From Laetmonice hystrix (lineage: Eukaryota): DNA of 64,000 bases. The notes below the pieces were generated by a model that was not told the DNA's origin, searched no databases, and was given only the letters and a program-made list of their open reading frames with translations. The stretch lies in NCBI GenBank assembly GCA_965235115.1, contig OZ249440.1, forward strand, positions 18,042,001-18,106,000. Reading direction: 5' to 3'. A program made the translations under genes and the position numbers. Positions 35,970 to 48,110 of the stretch are shown piece after piece; within the stretch, counting starts at the first letter, position 1, and each line of letters starts with the position of its first letter.

Positions 35970-36851
35970 CTTATTGAGAAATCCGCTGACTGGGGTGATT
36001 TTAGGAGGCGCCACAGCGTCGAGGTCCTCATAGATGCCGTCGTCGACGTCAAGCTGGTCGTTACTGCGGTAACTCCTCAGTGTGTTAAAGTTTGTGACGT
36101 TACTAAGTGCACGGCTACACGTGGGCGGTGACCACGTCTTACGTCGGGACGCCAGCAGGGCCGTCGTCTTGCCGTTAGCTGAGTGTCCGTTCATGTACGC
36201 CCGGCTCCAGTAGGGTGGAGGTCTGACGGAAGGTCCATTACTGTGTGGGGCCGAGTAAATCTCCTGTTCGTGGATAGTATCACACCTGTCCCACTCACGA
36301 TCCTTGGGATCATCTCGACGACCTCCGTATCTCTCCTGGTGATCTCCCCTTGATGCCCGCTCGTAGTTTGTGACTTTAGTGTCCATGCGAGGGGAGACTT
36401 TATATGGCGGGGGGCCATGTTTGTTGTTGTTATTGGGTTCCATCCTTGGTGAGTTACTGTAGTTGGATCCTCCCGAGAAATCGACGCGAGGTGAACTGCC
36501 TAACTTGGAGACAGCCTGCTTGTCTAACCGAGGTGAGTTCTCATAGCTGCTTGAACGAGGTTTCTCCAGACGTGGGGAGTTCTCATAACTCCCGCGCCTT
36601 GTCTTCTCAACCTTCTGTCTATGATCCAAGTTTGTAATGTCACAATAATTATTGCTATTTGGATTCTGACGAGGTTTGGAATACTGCGGGTCAAAGATGT
36701 ACTTCACCTCCTGTGAGTAGGACGAGTAGGAGGAGTTGGAAGGCGGTGAGTAGTATGAGTCACTGGTCGTGTTGTAAGTGAGTCTATGTTGAGGAGCATC
36801 CTCCGGGAAGAGAATGTCCTGGGATCCATGGAGTGAGTCGACTTGAGCCAT
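35970..36851 (-). CDS. First coding exon (294 codons, phase-0 end) of an unidentified host gene; low-complexity S/Y/P/R-rich, probably disordered signalling or adaptor N-terminus
   Basis: The ATG is in ACCATGG context at 36851, with an in-frame upstream TGA at 36933-36935. Acceptor TTGTCTGCTTTCAG| gives an exon start at 36938, and donor AAG|GTAAGC lies at 35970/35969. A duplicated SYENSPRL(E/D)K block differs almost only at synonymous positions, consistent with coding constraint. Confidence 0.8.
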
Positions 36852-36918
36852 GGTGTCAGTGAGTAGCCGCCTGGCCGCACGGACGACACCTAGCGGGGGA
36901 AATGTCGGTGGCCACTTG

Positions 36919-36936
36919 TCACGTCGCCGTCGTCAT
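36919..36936 (-). other. 5-codon upstream ORF (MTTAT*) in the predicted 5' UTR of the host exon
   Basis: ATG ACG ACG GCG ACG TGA begins 2 nt after the predicted acceptor and is out of frame with the main ATG. Confidence 0.45.
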
Positions 36937-38373
36937 TGCTGAAAGCAGACAAACAGACAACCGTATTACAAGAGGAAGAAATGTGGCTCAACGGACCCGA
37001 ACAGTATCAACTGTCCCACACAAACAACCATCAAAGCGAGCGGAATAACAATGAGCGGTGTGTACCCACCGATTGCCGCCACAGTCACCCTCTGCTTGCT
37101 GTGACGTCCACATAAACACTACCTCAGGACACCATCAATGACAAACAGTTGACAAAAAATACACTAAGATCCAATCCTGAGATCCTCCCTCAACACCAAT
37201 CTTTATTTACTAACCGAAATCCCTCCACCAGCATGTGTTGGTTCATAAACTTCAGTTGTTGGGTGAGCGAGCCTTCATGATTTAGGCTGTTAGATGTCAA
37301 TCTCTCAGATACTAGTGGGTGTATCACAGACTCAAAGTGTTCTACCCACCCAGCCGTGCCAATCTGGGGCCGGCGGTTCGCTCAACCATTCAATGCTATT
37401 CCAGACAAATACAACCGGCAACAAAGGACAAATAGAGTCAAATAGCATCACTGTGTATCACCTGTGCCCTCCTTCTGTCTAACTTATCCCAGCCAATTTC
37501 TTCAGGTTAAATCTAGTCGAGAACTGAGTGACGGTTAGGAGTTATCAGAACACTGCCAGGTCATGTCAGAGGTATGACCCAACCCACTGAGGTGTCATTA
37601 TGTAAGCTTACGTCAGATGTATACAAACTGTAGAAACGGCAACGATTCCAAAAGACATCCGTGGGTCATCTGAACACTTCCTGCTATTGTTGTTTCATCA
37701 AAAGAGCAGGATTTCTTTTTTCTCCCCGAGTGATGACAGGCTCATGTATCATTGCGGGCCCAAGGAACACCAACCGCCATGTCGCCTATGTCCCGAGGGG
37801 ATGTTTGATGCTATGCTATATCATTGAACTGTTAATAGGCATTCACAGAATCTGATATTGCGGTGGCTCACTCGCTGGTTCAATCTCGGCTTTATTGTGC
37901 CAATGGTGGCACGGCTCGTTGTTTTGAATGCAGCCTGTGTGGCGTAAAATAACAATACATGTCAGATTGTCATCACCTTTGAAAAGCTACACTTTTCTTC
38001 GCCATGCAGCCTGTTGTAGCGAGTAAAAAAAATCAGTGTTTTACTTGAGAAAACAGCGGCAAGGTGTGGTAGACATCCACTGTGCGAGCTGTGAGACTAG
38101 TTGGCCTGCAGGCAGTAGATGACAGATCGTCGAGTCCTGTCATCAGAGTGCATCACCTTGGTGTCACCCTGGGGTAACTAACTATGAACGCCGACACACC
38201 CCTGTCTCCCCATTCCGTACCAAAGTCAGTGTCACCCTACCAGGGGATGACCCCAGGATGTGGGGTTTTTGTACGGGGCGGCGGGGTAGTGGGTATCTCT
38301 GCCAGGGTAGGGATGACGCCCACTACTGTGCACCCATGTAGGACACCTGGGGTCCATCCCTGGCAGACAGCGA

Positions 38374-38595
38374 CATCCTGTACGGCGACAACTGTACACA
38401 GAAGGATGTGTTATCCTTCATCCTGTACGGTGACAACTGTACACAGAAGGATGTGTTATCCTTCATCCTGTACGGTGACAACTGTACACAGAAGGATGTG
38501 TTATCCTTCATCCTGTACGGTGACAACTGTACACAGAAGGATGTGTTATCCTTCATCCTGTACGGTGACAACTGTACACAGAAGGAGTTATCCCT
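38374..38595. repeat. 45-bp minisatellite x ~5
   Basis: Unit CATCCTGTACGGTGACAACTGTACACAGAAGGATGTGTTATCCTT, nearly identical copies. Confidence 0.95.
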
Positions 38596-41500
38596 TTTCT
38601 ACGATCTTAATGGCGGTATCCTAATAGAAACCGCTAAAGAAATTCTTATCTAAGGGAAAATACTGCAGGAAAAAACTCACCTTTTCCAGCAATGACTCAA
38701 CCGTATTATCTTAGCAGGGAACTCCTGGAGATTACAACTGAGATCTTCAAGGGTACCAATAGAAACTGTCGTAGATACAATCCTAGTTATGCGGGTGTTT
38801 ATCTATGCTATAATCCAATGGCTCCAGTGCTCACAAATACTTTAACAGTGAATGTCTGGATGACGGACCTGCTCTAACTGCTGTCGAGGCTAGATCTCAT
38901 CTGAACGCATGTCGACAGAACAGAAGATTTTGAAAGACCCGCAGAGCGGCGGGCCGGGGGTATGTGGGCGGCATCATCCAGCCAACCAGCCAACCAGCCC
39001 CGCCATCAGCAGCCAGCACAGCCTCCTGTCACGCCTCATTTGCATATCGCTGCCAGATGTCCCCACCCCTCGCAGACTCCCTGGCTCATCCTGCTCGGAG
39101 GCTCCGGGGTTTCTGTGGCAGCCAGCTGCGAGCCGGCGGCAGGACAATCGATGACAATCAATCTGGCCATGGCACTGCCTCAGCCACTCAGTGAGCGGGT
39201 GGGTGGGCGGCAGAGGAGGGGATGAAAGCCAAGACAATGAACGGTACCTCTCTGAGTGATGCTTGTTCACGGTTACCCGGTCAACCTGGACCCCGCCGTG
39301 TCCCCGCCACATGGCATCATCTGGTTGCCAGGCCCTGTATATATGCGACCTTTTCTACACTTAACGAGCTCAAACTAACTTCTCCTAAACCTTCACAGTC
39401 TAACTCCCACCAGGAAACACTTATCTCCTTAAAAAAAGCCGTTGTAGAAAGCACATAGTCTTTACAGCTTTCAGGACTCTACAGCTTCCTCAGCCTGTCT
39501 CCACCCACATGCGCCCCCTACCTACCCCCATCAGCAGTCCTGTTTGTTCACCAGTACAGCTCCCAGCAGTTCCTCCCCGCATCCATCCATCACTACCCGC
39601 TGCCCATTCAAGAAGCTGTCCCTGTTAATTCTATTACAGCGGGCTGACCATTTGTCCCCGGGTTCAGCACACGCCCTTGACAGCAGCCACGCGGGCCTAC
39701 CCACGGCATCACGCACACACACCACACACACCACACACACCACACACACGCTCGACTAAACCTTCCAGGAAATTGCCAGCCTCGCGCAATAATTGAGCCA
39801 TTTGCTTTATGTACATATCAAATAAACCTCGCAACTAAATTTCCCGTCAGCTGTTTGGTGAAAGGCTTTGCGATAATACCCATACCCTAAACAACTGCTT
39901 CCAAGTCGATGCCGGTGAGACAGTTGGCAACTGTCTTCTTCGATAATCACAGGCTTCAGGTTCTGGAGGACAGCGACCAGGGACATTAGTACCGGGAAAT
40001 TGATAGGTCCCGTTGTCAGCTGCTCAAACTCGGTCTGACCAGAAAATCTGATTGAATCTAGACGAAGAGGAGCTGATCACTTGAGTTCAGGACCTCTAGG
40101 ACTCATCTTCTATTTACTTTTTATACATGGTTTCTCAAATTTACTTGACCTTCTATGCTGTTCGCCCTAGACTTCAAGACTTTCCTGCCTAGAGACCCCC
40201 GATGCTTACTTTCGCACTGCGGAAATTGAGTGTATTGAGTGTATTGCTGTCAGACACTGGAAGCTGTATAAACCAATACACCCCGAGAATACTGACAAAA
40301 CAAAGTCTTCGAGTACTGCCCACAGCTATCACGGTTATCATTGTGCAATGAGTCATTCCATCCACAGTAATACGACCAGACGAGTTCCCCCTTACAGACT
40401 GGGAACAAATAACGGTAGGAACATTTTGGTGTAGTTTACATCAGACTTTGTGATTTACTCGTACCCTAGTAATACATGGAGGCGGTGTCCCCTAATAACG
40501 ACATGTGTGGTTGAGGGGGCCCACCCGCCAGCATAACCTTGGTGATGTGGTGATAATCACCAATTCTAGGTACCCTGAGCGTGCCCCGTTCCTGGCCCCA
40601 TCCCAACCCCCACCCCGGGGGGTACTCGGGGTAGGCCAGACTACCCATGGTAGGGGCTGGCGGCGAGGAGGGTGATTGTGGCACGGTTTGTCCCAGTAAT
40701 GGACCTTTGTGTCTCACTACTGACGGTCTTAGTGACACAGCAGAATCTGACTGGTTTGTCTATCCACTGAGCGGTCCTACTTCCAATGTGTCTGGCGCTG
40801 TCCATGCCAAAAGGTTCCAGTAGGCGCCTTCAGGCAAACGATGCCACATCAAAGTTACTCCCCGGGGGAGAAAATCGCTATAAGTTAGGGACATAAGCCG
40901 GGAAGATGACGCCAATATCAGCAGAATGTGAGCTGGGCAACCTGATGTAACTGACGCTAATCCCCATCCTACCCTCAGATGGACCCGTCGCTTAATCTGA
41001 CAGGGGCGCCAACAGCCCCTCATTACGATATAAGCGTCAGCGCGCCAGTCAATGTTTACTCACCTATTTATTGGGATGCTAATGGAGAAATTGTATTACC
41101 GGTTAGCTGACGAGTTTAAAGTATCATTCGTGCGGAACTAGGCACCCGAATCTTCATCTATTTGCAATGATTCACTTCATGCAAGCTTTGCATGTTTTAA
41201 CTGTTGAAATCTGGGTATGCATGATTAAGAGATTGGCGAGTGTCAGATAGTATCAAGTGTTGTTATCATTGTGGCCAGTGAGAGGACAATCGTGCCTTAT
41301 TGCTACATGTAGGCCAACAGTTTATTGAAGTCGTTCATTCCCTCCTTGTGACTAAAGCGCCAGAGGATTTCAATCTGTTAGAATGTGAAAGCCTCGCCTT
41401 GATCAACGCATACTAGAAGAAAATACCCGACAATGGTGAAGCGAAACTATATTTTATTATTTTATCATGCATCCTGAATGATTTCATGATCTGTTAATAT

Positions 41501-41613
41501 AACGACAGCTCCTGTAATGACAGCATCCTGTACAGTATTGTAGCCCTTATAATCCAGGGTGCAATCAGTGTACAACATTAGCCGGAGACCTGATATTCAT
41601 ACTCCAGGCTATA

Positions 41614-43933
41614 ACCTGTCAGGGTACTATCGTGGAGTCCTGTCAGGGAACGATTGTGAACAACACTTACAGAATCCCCTACATCCACGGCTGACCTGTC
41701 AGGGTACTATCATGGAGTCCTGTCAGGGTACTATCGTGTACAACACTTACAGAATCCCCTACATCCATGGCTGACCTGTCAAGGTACGATCGTCTACAAC
41801 ACTTACAGGATCCCCTACATCCATGGCTGACCTGTCAGGGTACGACCGTCTACAACACTTACAGAATCCCCTACATCCATGGCTGACCTGTCAGGGTACG
41901 ATCGTCTACAACACTTACAGAATCCCCTACATCCATGGCTGACCTGTCAAGGTACGATCGTCTACAACACTTACAGAATCCCCTACATCCATGGCTGACC
42001 TGTCAGGGTACGACCGTCTACAACACTTACTGAATCCCCTACATCCACGGCTGACCTGTCAGAGTACGATCGTCTACAACACTTACAGAATCCCCTACAT
42101 CCATGGCTGACCTGTCAGGGTACGACCGTCTACAACACTTACAGGATCCCCTACATCCATGGCTGACCTGTCAGGGTACGACCGTCTACAACACTTACAG
42201 AATCCCCTACATCCATGGCTGGCCTGTCAAGGTAGGATCGTCTACAACACTTACAGAATCCCCTACATCCATGGCTGACCTGTCAGGGTACGATCGTCTC
42301 CATGGCTGACCTGTCAAGGTACGATCGTCTACAACACTTACAGAATCCCCTACATCCATGGCTGACCTGTCAGGGTAGGATCGTCTACAACACTTACTGA
42401 ATCCCCTACATGATACATCCATGGCTGACCTGTCAGGGTACGATCGTCTCCATAGCTGACCTGTCAAGGTACGATCGTCTACAACACTTACAGAATCCCC
42501 TACATCCATGGCTGACCTGTCAGGGTACGACCGTCTACAACACTTACAGAATCCCATACATCCACGGCTGACCTGTCAGGGTACGACCGTCTACAACACT
42601 TACTGAATCCCCTACACCCATGGCTGACCTGTCAGGGTACGACCGTCTACAACACTTACAGAATCCCCTACATCCATGGCTGACCTGTCAGGGTACTATC
42701 ATGGAGTCCTGTCAGGGTACGATCGTGTACAACACTTACAGAATCCCCTACATCCATGGCTGACCTGTCAGGGTACGATCGTCTACAACACTTACAGAAT
42801 CCCCTACATCCATGGCTGACCTGTCAGGGTACTATCATGGAGTCCTGTCAGGGTACGATCGTGTACAACACTTACTGAATCCCCTACATCCATGGCTGAC
42901 CTGTCAGGGTACGATCGTCTACAACACTTACAGAATCCCCTACATCCATGGCTGACCTGTCAGGGTACGACTGTCTACAACACTTACAGAATCCCCTACA
43001 TCCATGGCTGACCTGTCAGGGTACGATCGTCTACAACACTTACTGAATCCCCTACATCCATGGCTGACCTGTCAGGGTACGACCGTCTACAACACTTACT
43101 GAATCCCCTACATTCATGGTTGACCTGTCAGGGTACGACCGTCTACAACACTTACAGAATCCCCTACATCCATGGCTGACCTGTCAGGGTACGATCGTCT
43201 ACAACACTTACTGAATCCCCTACATGATACATCCATGGCTGACCTGTCAGGGTACGATCGTCTACAACACTTAGAGAATCCCCTACATGATACATCCATG
43301 GCTGACCTGTCAGGGTACGACCGTCTACAACACTTACAGAATCCCATACATCCACGGCTGACCTGTCAGGGTACGACCGTCTACAACACTTACTGAATCC
43401 CCTACACCCATGGCTGACCTGTCAGGGTACGACCGTCTACAACACTTACAGAATCCCCTACATCCATGGCTGACCTGTCAGGGTACGATCGTCTACAACA
43501 CTTAGAGAATCCCCTACATGATACATCCATGACTGACCTGTCAGGGTACGATCGTCTACAACACTTACAGAATCCCCTACATCCATGGCTGACCTATCAG
43601 GGTACGATCGTCTACAACACTTACTGAATCCCCTACATCCATGGCTGACCTGGTACGACCGTCTACAACACTTACAGAATCCCATACATCCATGGCTGAC
43701 CTGTCAGGGTACGATCGTTTACAACACTTACAGAATCCCCTACATCCATGGCTGACCTGTCAGGGTACGACCGTCTACAACACTTACAGAATCCCCTACA
43801 TCCATGGCTGACCTGTCAGGGTACGATCGTCTACAACACTTACAGAATCCCCTACATCCATGGCTGACCTGTCAGGGTACGACCGTCTACAACACTTACA
43901 GAATCCCCTACATCCATGGCTGACCTGTCAGGG
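41614..43933. repeat. 56-bp minisatellite array (~2.3 kb, about 40 units) with 31-, 63- and 80-bp variants
   Basis: Unit CATCCATGGCTGACCTGTCAGGGTACGATCGTCTACAACACTTACAGAATCCCCTA. Period 56 is confirmed at 41762/41818 and an 80-bp variant at 42671/42751. Confidence 0.97.
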
Positions 43934-44243
43934 AGTATGCAGTGCTCAGGAAGTGTGGTACTTACATAAGTGGTTGACGTTTAAGGCCACAATCCCGGCT
44001 ACGATTAGGGCTGTGATCGAGCCATGGCCGAGTGACAAGTGAGAGAGAGTTTGATATACTCCAGTACCAGCGGGAGATGTGTGCAGAGGTGAGCACGGTG
44101 ACCTTCCTACTGTTGTGAATACAGAGTTACTACAAACGTGTGATGCTACAGTTAACGTCCCGTTACGTGAGGAAAAAACTGTCTGTCCTCAACATTCCTC
44201 GCCTTGCTTCGAAGACCTGACCTATGAAAGTATGAATATAAAC

Positions 44244-44445
44244 CACAGCATCCAGCAAGGGGTTCCACAGGCCCATAGCATCCAGCAAGGGACTCCACAG
44301 GCCCATAGCATCCAGCAAGGGGCTCCACAGGCCCATAGCATCCAGCAAGGGGCTCCACAGGCCCATAGCATCCAGCAAGGTGCTCCACAGGCCCATAGCA
44401 TCCAGCAAGGGGCTCCACAGGCCCACAGTATCCAACAAGGGGCTA
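44244..44445. repeat. 30-bp minisatellite x ~6.5
   Basis: Unit TAGCATCCAGCAAGGGGCTCCACAGGCCCA. Confidence 0.95.
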
Positions 44446-47400
44446 CACCAATCAAAGACAAAAGACGGGTAACCTCACGGTCCCCAGTTTATATTTTGGT
44501 ATCTATATTTTTATATTTTGGTATCCTAGAGATTGGTGTAGTTAAAGCGACTGTATAACACTGCGTCTTGCCGGTGGCCGTTACGGTTTGATTTCAGCCT
44601 ATGAATTTGCTATTCATAAAAATTATTTTTCACTACCGTATTTTTTGCATGCGTCATTTTTACACCGGAGTCCCCTATAAAAAGCAGAGTCCCCCAGCTA
44701 AAACCAATTACCTGGTCGGTAATAATGAATGTTGAAATGTTTAGGAAAACATGGAACGGCCCGGCTAACTGTCATAAAATAGCTTTCCGTGATGACATCC
44801 ATGTTTACCTGGACCTCAGGTAGGTTTCAGGTCATTAACCATGGCAGGAATAATCCGTGGGCCCTGGATACCTGTACTCATCACGACATCCTGCCCCAAC
44901 AACTGACACCGAACCACATTAACTGACACTGCCGCATAAACTGACGTCTCATCCCATCCAATCAAACATGTCTCTCGTCAGCCAATGCTTGCAATCAGGT
45001 ATTTATCATGGCACTTAGATACTGATCCGCCACAGCCTCTATAAGAGACCCTTTCACAACTTACAACGACACTAACAGTTGTGAGGTGTATCCGACTCTC
45101 CGTAACCAAGGTTTATATATCGGTGATAACCTCCATCAATCCTGAATGACCAACTAGTTGTATCCAATGACCCGAGCCAGCCTCAGACACCAGACCCATA
45201 CGATCATCACAACATCGTTCTTTGTCTCACCTTAGAGAGTCATGTTTCACTGTCGACGCCGTGCCAAGGCCTTAAAAAGTGTCCAGTAAATACAGGATGG
45301 GATATTTTCGTGTAGTGCATGTTATTTTCAGCGTTGCCCGGAGTGTCCGTCTGACGTCTCTCAAAGCAGTGGTTAACATCTTCAACTGTTGATGGCATGC
45401 AGGACTGCTGGCAGAGAATGCAACCGACGGCAGGCTAGGGTTTTCATTTAAATGATCATAAATGATAAACTGATATTTGCCATCTTATGTGCTGATTTGT
45501 AATCATTTGGTTTGTTTCAATTTTCTGAGGTTGATTTTTTCAATGGGGCGTCAACTTCTACGTTCTACATTCTCCTCACATGTCCCACCTTTTACTGTAT
45601 AACCGGTATATGCTCCACCTAATTACAAAGGAAACGGACAATTACACCACACATGTTGTATGATGGAGCCGATCAGGAAATGTGTGACATGTGGTGAATA
45701 AAAAGTTGGCAACTACATCAACGGTTCGTCACCTTTCTCTACGAATAGGAGTGAAACACGTCAGGCTGTGGCCGAATTCTTTCTAACTAGACATGTTAGT
45801 GAGTCAGAGTTGGGGTTTTCCTAACTAGATCGACCTCATCACAAGTTTCCAATCAAAATTCAAAAACTCTTTACCTATGTTATAAATATGCATGTTTATA
45901 TAGTCTTCAAAAGGTTCCTACTGTTTGGGCCGACGTAATTCAACGACCAGACTTTGATATTCTAAGTGAACGCAGACATGTGAGTTGATGGATATGGAGG
46001 GCATGACATGGTACCACGTATGGAGGACAGGGCGCTATCTCAGCGCGGGTCAAGCCCCCAGTGTTGGCCTGTGGCTGGTAATGTACATGTGTCCTTAGAT
46101 ATTGCTCAACATAAAGACCTCACCCCCTCCCCGTCTCATGCCGGTGGTGTGGGCCGGCTGGTGGACTGAGACGGGTCCATGGTGAACTTTCCAGTAAGGG
46201 TGAGTTGTGAACAGCCAAACAACGTCCAACTCGTCAACCAGTGGCGGCCGTAAAAAGTGGCCAAGGTTGCATGTGTGGGCGGAACGAACAAGGCTGACTC
46301 CAGCGTCATGACAGGGGGCGTCAATAAAGACGGACATGGCACGGTTTATTATCAACCAGAGGGGACAGGTCTGCACCCTCGCCGACCTGGGTATAATATA
46401 CCCCTGGTGCCGCATCAGGTGTTCCAGGGGGACACACTTACCCCAGAAAACACAGGTGGGAGGTGGACAGACCGAACCGGAATAAGTTTATCAATGAGAA
46501 CGTGGTTTTATTCCTTGAAATCTCTCCCCCTATCACGACATGCTTGCACCATTGAAATTCCGTTACTCATCTTGTAAAAACGCTCTGCCATATTTGGGAC
46601 CTGATTCTATGAATTTCAATATAAAAAAATTACGTCAATGTAATCACCCATCATTGAGGTCATGATAGAGGCAGTGGTGGATTGCAGATTGCCATAGTTA
46701 CGGCAGCAATCCTCCACTCTACATTGTTCGCTGACAGTCATCAATACTATAATAGAGTGACTGAAGTCACCTGGTGGGAGGGCGTCGATCATGTCCATCG
46801 ATCCTCTCCCAGTGGGCCAGCTATAATTGGTCTCTCTGCCAACGTAATCGACGCTCAACTTGACAGCACTCACCCACCTTACTGGTGGCTACGTCACAAT
46901 ACCTACACCCATACTGTGGGGCAGCAACAGCTCTGAGGAAACGACTGCTCAACATTACCTTCTGAATAATACTGGCTTAGAACCATCTTACACACTTCTC
47001 ACAAAGATCCTCAGTCAGTGTACAGTGTACTCTAATAGCTGACTACCGTATTTACTGAACAACAACTTCTATTTGTCTTAGGATGTCATTGTACAAACAT
47101 GTAGAGTATGGCAATTACCTGGATCAAATTGGAGTACCTAAACATTACCTCAACCGTTGTCCTTGAACGGACGTTTTGGCTATGATACCAATAAGTACTT
47201 CAAGGATGTGCTACGATCAACGCCTATATCTCGGTCAGTTAATTGCCACTGACTACCAGATGTCGATCTGATTATATAACCCCTGAGTACAATACACATG
47301 ATATATCTGGCCGCCAGCCAGCTCCTGTTTCACCTGTGATCTTATACTTGACGACAACGCCACCTCTCAGGCGGCCGAGGAATTTTATTGTTCAGGCTCC

Positions 47401-48037
47401 TTCGGTATTTCCTTCTGATAATGTAACTCACTACCTCGGTGAGAACATTCCACAGCATTGAAAGGCATGAATGATTTGATGTAATGCCTTGCCTGGAGCA
47501 CACATATATATAAGTACAATATATAAATATGGCATATTAAATCAAAGAGAAATTCTTGGTGCCTGTCAAGTAATTCTCAGTGCCGTGATAAATTAATGAT
47601 TCCGTTTTCATCGTTATTCAGTGTGGCTCATGATCTTCAAGCGTTCAATGCTAATTGGAACGTCTGTGTCATATACATGTATTAAGTTTTCCTTCCGAGA
47701 GTTTTTGTCCGTTTGAAACCTACTGCCTGTGAGACAAATAATTTATTTCTGCTTGAAGCCCATTCCCGCTCTTTATCAGGTCAACATTTCTGGGAATGCA
47801 TGTGTTTCTTCTTCTAAACCTTTTTTCGACATTCCATTTCCAAGAATTTAATAGTAACTGGATTTACAACCCCCTAAGTCATTGGCCTAGAAATGAAAAA
47901 AAATACCATACTTTTTTCCCCACGTTACTTGAAAATCACACACAAGTCCTAAAAATGGTACAAAGCCGAAATGTATCGCCCTGACAGGGCTTGAGGGCAT
48001 GATCAAACATCACTGTGTGACATCTCCGGGGCCAAGT

Positions 48038-48110
48038 CCTTGATCTATTTGATCACTGTGGACTCTATAATTATGTGGCCTTGATCTATTTGATCACTGT
48101 GGACTCTATA
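48038..48110. repeat. 41-bp-period direct duplication (32-bp identical block x2)
   Basis: CCTTGATCTATTTGATCACTGTGGACTCTATA starts at 48038 and 48079. Confidence 0.85.

Noticed and set aside
37862-37890. Pol III A-box/B-box-like words (GGTGGCTCA...GGTTCAATC) suggesting a tRNA or SINE
   Set aside because: The spacing is far too short and no cloverleaf or tail is present.
42103-44042. Multiple repetitive ORFs (MADLSGYDRLQH..., MGFCKCCRRSY...) in the 56-bp array
   Set aside because: Translation artefacts of the tandem repeat. The unit is not a multiple of 3 and frames shift constantly.
44079-44558. 159-aa ORF with HSIQQGAPQA repeats
   Set aside because: Produced by a 30-bp minisatellite that is open in several frames on both strands, with no domain or splice support.
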